Assembly: GCA_015060865.1 (NCBI GenBank)
Contig: SUXS01000012.1
Location: 41,313 to 105,312 of the forward strand
Source of the DNA: Bacteroidales bacterium
GTDB lineage: Bacteria > Bacteroidota > Bacteroidia > Bacteroidales > Bacteroidaceae
DNA length: 64,000 nucleotides
Direction: 5' to 3'
Below are positions 8,718 to 17,654 of the stretch, one piece after another (the first letter of the stretch is position 1; every line of letters begins with the position of its first letter). The translations under genes and the position numbers were made by a program. Below the pieces are notes generated by a model that saw only the letters and a program-made list of their open reading frames with translations, ran no database searches and had not been told where the DNA came from.

Positions 8718-11126
8718 TTAGAACTCTACTAATATGCGTGCATTGATGCGCAATCCTGTGAGATAGTTAGGGATGGCGTAACGATGGTTTTCCGTATCGG
8801 TGATCCAGTAGTATGAGTTGATGTTTTTGATGCCCAGCAGATTGAAGGCGTCTATTCCTAACCATACATTGCGAAAGTGCTGTGAGATACCTGTGCGTAT
8901 GTTGCCTTTTTCATTGTTGACGGCACGGTAGCTCATGCCAATGTCTACACGTCGGTAGGCTGGCGCTCTGAACAGTAGTTTCTCTCGTCCTGAGTGAGGG
9001 GGACCGAAGGGGAGTCCGTTGGCATATACGGCGCGGAGGTTCATTTGCCAACGGTCTGTACCGGGAAAGTAGTCGGTAAGGCATAGCGAAAGGTTGAAAC
9101 GCTGGTCGGTAGGACGCGGATACCATTTTCCGTCAATCTTCTCCTCTGTTCGCATTATGGATGCGGTGAGCCATGAGTCTGTACCAGGAATAAATTCTCC
9201 GAAGAGCTTCATGTCGAGTCCTGCTGCATAACCCGTAGCGCAGTTCTCGCCATAATAGGTGAGGCGTACGTTGTTTATGTTGTATGGAATGAGGTTTGAC
9301 AGTGCTTTGTAGTATACTTCAGTAGTGAGCTTGAACGGACGGTCCCATACACGGAACTGGTAGTCCATGGCTCCTACCACTTGGACTGAACGTTGGGACT
9401 TGATGGCTTTGTTCAGTCTTACGTACGATGACCCTCCTGCTTGCACTGTATCGCGGAATTCTTTGTAGAAGGGGCTTTGGTAATATAATCCTGTGGCGAG
9501 GCGGAAGGTGAATTGGTCGTTCCCATCGGGAATAAAACCAACCGATAGACGGGGGGATAAGAGTGGCTCGTGATTCCATGACCAATAAGAGAAACGTATA
9601 CCTCCGTTTATGACAAACAGTCCGGCATCGGTATGTTTGCGCCAGGTATCCTGTGCGAAAGCAGCCAGACGATGGTTGCTGACTTGGTTCCTTGAACGTA
9701 GGTTGTAGATGAGCTCGATGCGCTCGCCTGTGTGAGGCAATGAATACCCTGCCGAGTCACGCATTTCCCACTCGTTAAGGTCATCACTGATGCGCTCCAT
9801 CTTGTATTCACCCCCCCAATGTAGCTCGTGCTGCTGCACCTTGTGCTTTCCAGTAAGTGCTACCGAGATTACTGAGGCGGTGAGGTAGTTTCTCGCATGT
9901 TCCATGTAGGTCCCTACACCCATGTTCTTGTCTTCGTCCACGTCGTCAAGCCAATATTGGCTGATAATGTCGAAGGTTTCCTCTTCGTCGGTACGATAGG
10001 CCGATGTGTTTAGTGCAAGGTGGTTGTGTTCGTTAATGTTGTAATCCAATGTTAATGCTCCGAACCATGTGCGGAACATATCCTCTTCCCGCCCTCCGAA
10101 ATATACCTTAAATTCCTTGACATCTTCCAGTGTCCCAAATGAGGTGTTGCGGTCTGAGGGGGTAAACCGATAACGGTTTTGCGATATGTTTCCGATGAAT
10201 CCTATTTCCAACTGTTGGGTGAGATGGTAGGTGAGGTAGGTCTGGTAGTCTACAAACGATGGGTCGTACTCCCCGTGTGTGTCGAGTGTCCCCAGTAGAT
10301 ACTGGCTGGTCTTGTAGCGTAGACTATGTGTCATGCTCCACTTGTCCTTGCTTCCTATACCTATATATGCATTGGCTCCAAGCATGCCGGCTGATAGTGA
10401 CCCCTCCAACTGGGTGGGGCGACGGTAGGTGATGTCGAGCACACTGCTCATCTTGTCGCCAAACTTGGCTTCGAATCCACCGGACGAGAAACCGATGTTC
10501 TCTACCATGTCTGGATTGATAAATGACAAACCCTCCTGTTGTCCTGCACGGATGAGTAGGGGACGGTATATTTCTATGCCATTGACGTAGACGGAATTTT
10601 CGTCATAGTTGCCGCCACGGACATTGTAGGTTGATGACAATTCGTTGGTAGCGCTTACTCCTGCTTGTGTAGCGATGAACGACTCTACCGATCCGCCTGA
10701 GGCATCAGGGCTTAGGCGTGCCTGCTTCTGAGATAAATGTTGCATGGTACCGGTCTGCCGGCGGATTTCTCGGATGGTGACTCCCTCCAAAGCCGTGTTG
10801 GAGTGGGGGAGCATAATGTTCATGGTGATGGTTCCTGACGGTTTGAAGAGGATGCGCCGCCGTTGTTGGTATCCAATCATGGAGTAGGTGATCTCTACGG
10901 TGTCGGCCGTGGCTATGCGCAGGCTATACTCACCCTTGAGGTCTGTGGTGGTGCCTTTCATTTGCCTTGCCACCCAAATATTAGCTATCTCTATGGGACT
11001 TCCTGTTTCGTCAGTAATCTTTCCTTTGATAGTTACACTTCCGCTTTCTACATTCTCTTGTGCATGTAGATGAGCGGGCAATAGGATGGTCAGTAGCAGC
11101 AGAATTAGTCGTGTAACCTTCTTCAT
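8718..11126 (-). CDS. TonB-dependent outer-membrane receptor
   Basis: Signal peptide MKKVTRLILLLLTILLPAHLHAQ, CarboxypepD_reg-like VTIKGKITDETGSPIEIANIW, plug and C-terminal barrel ending in F. Confidence 0.8.
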   Translation of the reverse strand: MKKVTRLILLLLTILLPAHLHAQENVESGSVTIKGKITDETGSPIEIANIWVARQMKGTTTDLKGEYSLRIATADTVEITYSMIGYQQRRRILFKPSGTITMNIMLPHSNTALEGVTIREIRRQTGTMQHLSQKQARLSPDASGGSVESFIATQAGVSATNELSSTYNVRGGNYDENSVYVNGIEIYRPLLIRAGQQEGLSFINPDMVENIGFSSGGFEAKFGDKMSSVLDITYRRPTQLEGSLSAGMLGANAYIGIGSKDKWSMTHSLRYKTSQYLLGTLDTHGEYDPSFVDYQTYLTYHLTQQLEIGFIGNISQNRYRFTPSDRNTSFGTLEDVKEFKVYFGGREEDMFRTWFGALTLDYNINEHNHLALNTSAYRTDEEETFDIISQYWLDDVDEDKNMGVGTYMEHARNYLTASVISVALTGKHKVQQHELHWGGEYKMERISDDLNEWEMRDSAGYSLPHTGERIELIYNLRSRNQVSNHRLAAFAQDTWRKHTDAGLFVINGGIRFSYWSWNHEPLLSPRLSVGFIPDGNDQFTFRLATGLYYQSPFYKEFRDTVQAGGSSYVRLNKAIKSQRSVQVVGAMDYQFRVWDRPFKLTTEVYYKALSNLIPYNINNVRLTYYGENCATGYAAGLDMKLFGEFIPGTDSWLTASIMRTEEKIDGKWYPRPTDQRFNLSLCLTDYFPGTDRWQMNLRAVYANGLPFGPPHSGREKLLFRAPAYRRVDIGMSYRAVNNEKGNIRTGISQHFRNVWLGIDAFNLLGIKNINSYYWITDTENHRYAIPNYLTGLRINARILVEF

Positions 11127-11293
11127 ATTTAATGTAAACGTGATTTCCCTGCAAAACGTATATGATTTCAGGGCTTTTTTTTGTTTTTTTTGCCAAAGTA
11201 TATGGGGAATAGTTTGCTCAGTGTCATTTTTTTTCACTATTATTGTACAATAATTAAACATATCAACCCCAATTATAACTAAAAAGCATTATT

Positions 11294-12904
11294 ATGAGAA
11301 AAATTTTTACACTTTTCTTCATGTCGATGTTCCTGGTGATAGGAACAGCCATGGCGCAGGATGATAGCGCCGACTCACTTAAACTCACGTTTCTAAATCC
11401 TAAAGATGGTGCAATGGAAACTTCCGTCTACAATATCCGACTTCAGTTCAACAAGGACGTTACAGCCACCCTTCCCGAAGGCGGTATTGATGTCGTGAAC
11501 AACGATACCAAGGAGGTTGTCAAGATTACCCGCATCTACAAGGATGAATGGACACCTGCCAACACCGTGCTCTTCTATTTTGAGCAGAAGATGATGCCTG
11601 ACAAGGATGGAAAGGGCGAAGAACTGCAAGACCAGTATATTGATACTCCCGGCTCCTATAGCTATACCATCCCCGCCGGCTGCATCAAGAGTGTCGATGG
11701 TGAGGAGTTTGCTGAGCACACCTTCACATTCAGTGTTGTAGGTACTTTTGGTGTAGAGAGCTATTCACCTCAAACGACCAGTAAGTTGGAGAAGATACAG
11801 ATAACCTTTACTGAAGAGGTTACCGAGGTGATATTTCCCAATAGCGGTTTGCCCGTTGTAGACGGTTATTGGACTCCCGTATCGTGGGTTAAGAATGATG
11901 TTGTAATCAGTGAAGACAAGAAGACTGTTACTTTTGAACTCGAGGAACCTATCACCGCAGAAGGTACGTATGGCATCGATCTTTATCAGGGAACGTTTGT
12001 TGGTCCCAAGGGTATCAATACTTACAGTTCGCTCATGTTCAATGTTATCGACAGTAATCCTTCTTTCGTAACCAACTTCCAGGAGGGCGAGCGGGTAAAG
12101 GAAATCGGCAATCTTGAAATTACTTTCAGGAATGTTAGCGAGGTGAAGCTCGTAGAGGGTGCAGAGCCTGTTACCGCATATCTCCCCGGTGATGGCGAAG
12201 CTACAGGTAAGGCTGCTTTGGCCAATAATAGGATTACCGTTACCTTTGATCAGCAGTTTACCGAAGAGGGTGTCTATACCTTTGTAATTCCTGCTGGTAT
12301 GTTCACTATGGATGGCGTGCCCAACGAACCTCGTGAGATCAATATCACTCTTTTCACCTTCTCTATCATTCCGCTTGAGGTTGATAGCGTAATTCCCGCA
12401 ATGGGCACAGTAGATAAGCTCGACCGCATCATTGTCGTATACAACCAGGATGTAACCCTCTCTATGGATGAGAACTGGCAGCAGATCTCACGCGAGATTG
12501 CCCTTACTTGTGGTGATAAGGTATATACGCTGACCTATAACTCCATGTCGAACCTTAGCAACAAGATTGAGTATCTTGTTAATGCTCAGTGGACAGGTTA
12601 TGAGTACGAGTCAACACCTATCACAGAAGCAGGAACCTATACTTTGAATCTTGCTGATATTATTGTAGACCACGCAGTAGAGGATTATATTGATGAGTGG
12701 GGTTATCCCAACAAGATGTGGCACTCAAAGGGCAAGTCTTGCGAGGGTACCTACACTTGGACCATCAGTGGCGACAACGCTATCAAGGTTGTAGCTCCTG
12801 AGACTGGTGAGCAGGTTATCTACGACCTTCTTGGCCGTCGCATCGAGAAGATTGTTGGTGATGGTATCTATATCGTCAATGGCAAGAAAGTTGTGATTAA
12901 GTGA
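11294..12904 (+). CDS. secreted Ig-like-repeat protein with T9SS C-terminal sorting domain
   Basis: Signal peptide and repeated beta-rich modules. The C-terminus VIYDLLGRRIEKIVGDGIYIVNGKKVVIK is typical of Por/T9SS CTDs. Confidence 0.65.
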   Translation: MRKIFTLFFMSMFLVIGTAMAQDDSADSLKLTFLNPKDGAMETSVYNIRLQFNKDVTATLPEGGIDVVNNDTKEVVKITRIYKDEWTPANTVLFYFEQKMMPDKDGKGEELQDQYIDTPGSYSYTIPAGCIKSVDGEEFAEHTFTFSVVGTFGVESYSPQTTSKLEKIQITFTEEVTEVIFPNSGLPVVDGYWTPVSWVKNDVVISEDKKTVTFELEEPITAEGTYGIDLYQGTFVGPKGINTYSSLMFNVIDSNPSFVTNFQEGERVKEIGNLEITFRNVSEVKLVEGAEPVTAYLPGDGEATGKAALANNRITVTFDQQFTEEGVYTFVIPAGMFTMDGVPNEPREINITLFTFSIIPLEVDSVIPAMGTVDKLDRIIVVYNQDVTLSMDENWQQISREIALTCGDKVYTLTYNSMSNLSNKIEYLVNAQWTGYEYESTPITEAGTYTLNLADIIVDHAVEDYIDEWGYPNKMWHSKGKSCEGTYTWTISGDNAIKVVAPETGEQVIYDLLGRRIEKIVGDGIYIVNGKKVVIK

Positions 12905-13023
12905 GAGCAGAAGACTGCTTGTAGGCTTATGCCGAACGTGAACAACTAAAACGCAGTTAAAGTTGTGATTAAGTGAGAGCAGAAGACTGCTTGTAGGCTT
13001 ATGCCGAACGTGAACAACTAAAA
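12887..13023. repeat. 72-bp-period tandem duplication of the gene 3' end and its downstream sequence
   Basis: The 65 nt at 12887-12951 are repeated exactly at 12959-13023. A third degenerate copy of the last codons plus stop (aaaaagattgttaagtag) follows at about 13031-13048. Confidence 0.85.
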
Positions 13024-13134
13024 TGAGATTAAAAAGATTGTTAAGTAGGGATAGTCATTTGGCTCCTTTGTTCTGAGTCAATTGGCAAGACTTACCCTAT
13101 GTTTTTCCAATCAGATTCATCACTGTTCAATATC

Positions 13135-13165
13135 ATCGGCCCTGAATTCAGGGCCGATTTTTTTA
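13135..13165 (+). terminator. intrinsic terminator
   Basis: atcggccctgaattcagggccgat followed by ttttttt. Confidence 0.75.
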
Positions 13166-13422
13166 TTCCCAATCACGTCAGGAACCACGTAAATGCTGGT
13201 TCCACGTGTAGAGCATCAGGCAGCAAGAATTACTTGAATTGATTCCCGTTTTGTAAGATTGACCACATCCATTATTCCCTCCTGAATGTATATCGTGTTG
13301 ACAATCAGTTTCCCTTGTTTCGGGATTTTCTCTGGTGTATATGATTGCGGGGATACTAATGGGGTTTTATCTCCTTTCTAAATGTGTCTATATGGGATGA
13401 TCGTTTTACATGAAAGCGAGCC

Positions 13423-14094
13423 TTATTCAGTGTAAGTCTCTATTATTGTGATAATATCGTTCGCGGTGTGTGCTATCCATTTAGCGTCATGAGCCATAAG
13501 TTCCTCTTTAGTGCGGAATCCCCATGTGACACCTATACTTTTTACATTAGCATTTAAGGCTGTTTGCATATCTACTCCAGAATCTCCAATGTATAGGGTG
13601 TTATCATGCTTGATTCCTGTCACCTTTAGTATGTCATTGATAATGGTGGGGTCAGGCTTGATGGGTACTCCTTCCCTTTGCCCTAATATTGCAGCGAATT
13701 GAATTTGTGGAAAGAAATGTTTAATCAGATTTTCCGTTGCTTGCTGGTATTTGTTTGATGCAATAGCTATCAGTATCCCGCTCTCCTGTAGATGTTCTAA
13801 CAAGGTTGTAATTCCTGGATAAGGAACGCTCTCGTCAGTATTGTGTATGTTGTAGTAGGGTACGAAGAGATCTCGTATGTGTTTTATGTTTGTTTCGGTA
13901 CGTGCGTTTTCTGGCAATGCCCTGTAAAACAGCCTATTGATGCCATTCCCTACAAATTTATAGTAAGAACTGGTTGGGTGGGTCGGAAAGCTGCATTGTG
14001 CTAATGCATAGTTTGTTGCGTTCGCTAAATCTGCAACGGTATTAAGCAAAGTGCCATCAAGGTCAAATATGGTAAGTTGTATGCTTGAACTCAT
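13423..14094 (-). CDS. HAD-superfamily hydrolase (phosphoglycolate phosphatase-like)
   Basis: Motif I FDLDGTLLNT and motif IV YIGDSGVDMQTA. Confidence 0.8.
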   Translation of the reverse strand: MSSSIQLTIFDLDGTLLNTVADLANATNYALAQCSFPTHPTSSYYKFVGNGINRLFYRALPENARTETNIKHIRDLFVPYYNIHNTDESVPYPGITTLLEHLQESGILIAIASNKYQQATENLIKHFFPQIQFAAILGQREGVPIKPDPTIINDILKVTGIKHDNTLYIGDSGVDMQTALNANVKSIGVTWGFRTKEELMAHDAKWIAHTANDIITIIETYTE

Positions 14095-14119
14095 TTGATT
14101 GCTTATGATGATTGTGTAG

Positions 14120-14824
14120 TTAAAACATGAAACCAAGGGAGAAACTTAGCATGTTCTTTCTTCGATTGAAAATAAATTCATTGGTAGAAATTTGTTCTTG
14201 GTCATCTGTTGTTGTAATACATTTGGAGATGTTGTGTAATCCATATTCAAATGAGAAATCAAAGAATATACGGCCAATGTTGATCCCTATTCCTGTCATG
14301 ATACTGGCATTGACAGGGTAGATGGATTCGGTAATCGAATTGTAGTCAAAGTTGTCAAACTGGTATTTACAAAACTTCGTGGCGATAAACTTAAACTTGG
14401 GCCCTAAGAAAAATGACATGGAGTAGGGACCTTCCTTTAAGAAATGGTATCCATAATATAGGGGCACCTCAAAACCTATTATGCGGGTACTGATGGTTGA
14501 CAAATCATTGCTATTAGCCTGGAGGTACCATGATTGGGTTGGGAAGAATATCGTATAGTTGCTGATGTTATACGATATCTCTGTTTGGATATAATGCTTG
14601 CTTAGGTTGATACGGGTAAAGGCCGTGTATAATAAGCTTATTTCAGATTTTGCGTTGTACTCATTGATGGGGTTTCCTGCTATCTTTAACTCTTGTATGT
14701 CGTATATAGTAGAGCTGAATCCGGCTTTTATTCCATAGTTGATGAGCGAAACCTTCTTTTGCTGTGCATGGAGAGTAATGCTGAAGCAAAATAAAAGTAA
14801 AAATATTTTTTCTCGGCATCTCAT
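14120..14824 (-). CDS. outer-membrane beta-barrel protein
   Basis: Signal peptide MRCREKIFLLLFCFSITLHAQ, alternating aromatic/hydrophobic strands, C-terminal F. Confidence 0.5.
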   Translation of the reverse strand: MRCREKIFLLLFCFSITLHAQQKKVSLINYGIKAGFSSTIYDIQELKIAGNPINEYNAKSEISLLYTAFTRINLSKHYIQTEISYNISNYTIFFPTQSWYLQANSNDLSTISTRIIGFEVPLYYGYHFLKEGPYSMSFFLGPKFKFIATKFCKYQFDNFDYNSITESIYPVNASIMTGIGINIGRIFFDFSFEYGLHNISKCITTTDDQEQISTNEFIFNRRKNMLSFSLGFMF

Positions 14825-15393
14825 CCTTTTTTCTTTTTTTCTACTGACCATCCAAACTTCCCGATTTTATCCCCCAAATGATAATAGCCACCATGAAGAT
14901 ATATGAGTGGGTCGCTTTCAGATAGTTCAAACTTACCGGTTTCCTTGTTTATGTACCTGTCATCAGCTATTACATTCACAACATCTGCAATGTACATTTC
15001 ATGTGACCCTAATGAGATGATTTCTTTTACTCGGCATTCGATGCTCAGAGGTGACTCTTCGATAATAGGAGCTGCAACAACTGAAGCTTTGCCTGGTGTG
15101 AGATGCATCTCCTTGAATTTATCGTAGTTGCGCCCCGATCGTACGCCGCACCAATCGGTGGCATGGGCAGTAGAAGAATCGGTGAGATTGATAACAAACT
15201 CCATATTCTTCTTAATGATATCTGCAGAATATCGTTCGGGGCGTACGGAAATATAGCACATAGGAGGATTGGTACAGATGGTTCCAGTCCATGCTATGGT
15301 AATGATGTTGTACTCTTCTTCGCATGAACCGCACGTAACCATTACGGCAGGCAAAGGGTATATCATTGTGCCAGGTTTCCAGTTTACCTTCAT
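14821..15393 (-). CDS. flavin reductase family protein
   Basis: NIITIAWTGTICTNPPMCYISVRPERYS is typical of the flavin reductase-like FMN-binding domain. Confidence 0.7.
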   Translation of the reverse strand: MKVNWKPGTMIYPLPAVMVTCGSCEEEYNIITIAWTGTICTNPPMCYISVRPERYSADIIKKNMEFVINLTDSSTAHATDWCGVRSGRNYDKFKEMHLTPGKASVVAAPIIEESPLSIECRVKEIISLGSHEMYIADVVNVIADDRYINKETGKFELSESDPLIYLHGGYYHLGDKIGKFGWSVEKKKKG

Positions 15394-15477
15394 TGTGGTT
15401 GGTTTACGCCCATGGGGGGATTCGTTGTTTGACTGATTCCCTTTGGATAAGACAAATATATCCTTTGGGATATTTAT

Positions 15478-15939
15478 CTATACAAGTTTTACCTCACTTT
15501 TGTTTTGCTCTTTTTCGCAATAGTGGCATTTTAATGTTCCTTCTTTTTTGTCCACTACGTGGAAGTGAGTTGGCATAGGCTCATTGTTGGTAATACATTT
15601 TGGATTACCACAACGGACGATACCGTATAGTTCATCGGGAATAATGACCTCTTTCTTTTCTACGACATCGAAGTCGCGTATAATATTTAGGATTACATTG
15701 GGAGCTACTACTGAAAGACGGCTTATCTCTTCGTCAGAGAAGTATTTGTCAGCTACTTTGATGATTCCTTTCTTACCAAGTTTGCTGCTGTGCAGATTGT
15801 AACCTATCGTGACACTTGAACCTAATTTCTCTAATTCGAGTAGCGAGGCAATGGTGAATACTAGTTCTGAAGGTATATGGTCTATGACGGTGCCGTTTTC
15901 AAGAGCGGCGACTAATAGTTCGGTCTTGTTGTTTTTCAT
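15478..15939 (-). CDS. pyrI: aspartate carbamoyltransferase regulatory subunit
   Basis: [13 protein letters not shown] and the C-terminal Zn cluster [13 protein letters not shown]. Lies downstream of pyrB. Confidence 0.9.
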   Translation of the reverse strand: MKNNKTELLVAALENGTVIDHIPSELVFTIASLLELEKLGSSVTIGYNLHSSKLGKKGIIKVADKYFSDEEISRLSVVAPNVILNIIRDFDVVEKKEVIIPDELYGIVRCGNPKCITNNEPMPTHFHVVDKKEGTLKCHYCEKEQNKSEVKLV

Positions 15940-15980
15940 TGTTGTAGGATTATGATATTCCGTTATCCATTATTGTATCT

Positions 15981-16892
15981 CTATACTTCGATGCCCAGGC
16001 AGTCGCAGATGAGTGCTTCGCGTACATACAATCCATTTTTGGCTTGTTGGAAGTAGTAAGCCTTGGGGCTTTCGTCTACGTCGTAGGCTATTTCATTTAC
16101 GCGGGGTAGTGGATGCAGTATGCGTAAGTTGTTGCGGGTGCCTTTTAGCATGTCGGCCTTAAGAATATATACATCTTTCACACGTTCGTATTCCATTAAG
16201 TCGGTAAAGCGTTCGCGTTGTACCCGAGTCATATATAGAATATCTGCGTTGGCGATAACCTCTTCGGTGAAGTCGGTATGCTCTACATACTTGATGTTGT
16301 GCTCTTTGCAGTATATCTTGTACTCGTTTGGCATGGCTAGTTCCTTCGGAGCAATAAAGTGGAACTGAGGATTGAAGTGGCGCATAGCCATTAGTAAAGA
16401 GTGTACTGTGCGGCCATATTTAAGGTCACCTACAAGATAAATATTGAGATTTTCCAATGTACCTTGCGTCTTGTAGATGGAATAAAGATCGAGCATCGTT
16501 TGTGAAGGATGTTGGTTGGCGCCATCTCCTGCATTGATGATAGGTACGGGCGATACTTCGCTGGCATAGCGTGCTGCACCCTCAAGGTGATGGCGCATCA
16601 CGATGAGGTCAGCGTAGTTGCTTACCATCATGATGGTATCCTTAAGACTTTCACCTTTGGATGAGCTGGATGTGGCTGCGTCGCTGAAACCGATGACCCG
16701 ACCTCCGAGACGATTTACGGCTGTCTCAAAGGATAGGCGTGTACGTGTTGATGGCTCAAAGAATAGTGTGGCAATGACCTGACCGTCCAATATTTTTCGG
16801 TTGGGCATTGCTTCAAATCGACTGGCAGCCTCAAGCAGACTCATAATCTTTTCCTTGCTGAGGTCTGCAATTGTTACGAAACTCTTTGTCAT
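15981..16892 (-). CDS. pyrB: aspartate carbamoyltransferase catalytic subunit
   Basis: Motifs [13 protein letters not shown] and HPLPRVNEI. Start set at the first ATG behind the promoter. Confidence 0.93.
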   Translation of the reverse strand: MTKSFVTIADLSKEKIMSLLEAASRFEAMPNRKILDGQVIATLFFEPSTRTRLSFETAVNRLGGRVIGFSDAATSSSSKGESLKDTIMMVSNYADLIVMRHHLEGAARYASEVSPVPIINAGDGANQHPSQTMLDLYSIYKTQGTLENLNIYLVGDLKYGRTVHSLLMAMRHFNPQFHFIAPKELAMPNEYKIYCKEHNIKYVEHTDFTEEVIANADILYMTRVQRERFTDLMEYERVKDVYILKADMLKGTRNNLRILHPLPRVNEIAYDVDESPKAYYFQQAKNGLYVREALICDCLGIEV

Positions 16893-16925
16893 AGTATCAT
16901 TGATTAATCTGTTGTTGTCTATCTG

Positions 16926-16957
16926 CAAAATTAGTGCAAGCCCAACGAAAAATCAAA
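16926..16957 (-). promoter_or_regulatory. pyrBI promoter (-33 TTTG / -7 TAatTTTG)
   Basis: The plus strand shows CAAAatTA at 16926-16933 and CAAA at 16954-16957, 20 nt apart. Confidence 0.6.
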
Positions 16958-17118
16958 TTTATTTGTACTTTTCTGATAAGTAAACTAAATTCGCTATTCG
17001 TAATCAATAATTACTTGTGTAATATGTTTAGTGAGTGATAGGTGAGCTTGTATGTTTGGAACTATTGTTCGTAAATGTTGTAGCGTGACGCTCTGCCTCA
17101 AATGTGGTATTGGTGAAA

Positions 17119-17514
17119 TCAATCCTGATTGTAGCTCTTTTGGGGTGATGTGCAAGTTAAGGTGACTGCAGATTGGCAGGGGCCGGCTCCTTCAATAGGT
17201 GGGTTACGTTTGGTTACGCATATCTTTGCGCGCTTTAATGTTGGGAAGCGATGGAGTAGGGCGGATCCGATGCGGCCACATACGTGCTCCAGTAGCTGGG
17301 ATGGAATCTCCATCTCTTGTTTGATGACTTCGTATGCCTCGGCATAGTTGATGGTCCCGCTAAGTTCGTCGGTTGCTATAGCGTGACTGATGTCGGCTTC
17401 GAGGGTGATGTCTACAGTGAAGGTGTTGCCTAATAGCCGTTCCTCAGGAAGTACGCCGTGGCGGGCGTGGAAGGTGAGATTGCGTAGCTCGATGCTGCTT
17501 TGTTCTATGGTCAT
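17119..17514 (-). CDS. folB: dihydroneopterin aldolase
   Basis: LRNLTFHARHGVLPEERLLGNTFTVDITL and INYAEAYEVI. Confidence 0.8.
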   Translation of the reverse strand: MTIEQSSIELRNLTFHARHGVLPEERLLGNTFTVDITLEADISHAIATDELSGTINYAEAYEVIKQEMEIPSQLLEHVCGRIGSALLHRFPTLKRAKICVTKRNPPIEGAGPCQSAVTLTCTSPQKSYNQD

Positions 17515-17546
17515 CGTGATTCTTCTTTAATAGATGAAAGGGATTC

Positions 17547-17591
17547 AATAAAATGAAAGGGAACCCTCAACGACTTGAGCGACTCCCTTTC
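17547..17591 (-). terminator. probable nrdJ terminator
   Basis: Extended hairpin gaaaggga..ctcaa-cgac-ttgag..tccctttc, followed on the minus strand by attttatt. Confidence 0.5.
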
Positions 17592-17654
17592 TCGCGTATG
17601 TAAAAGAAAAAGATTTTTTCTCTCTATTATCCCTCTATAGGGATGATTGGTGTT

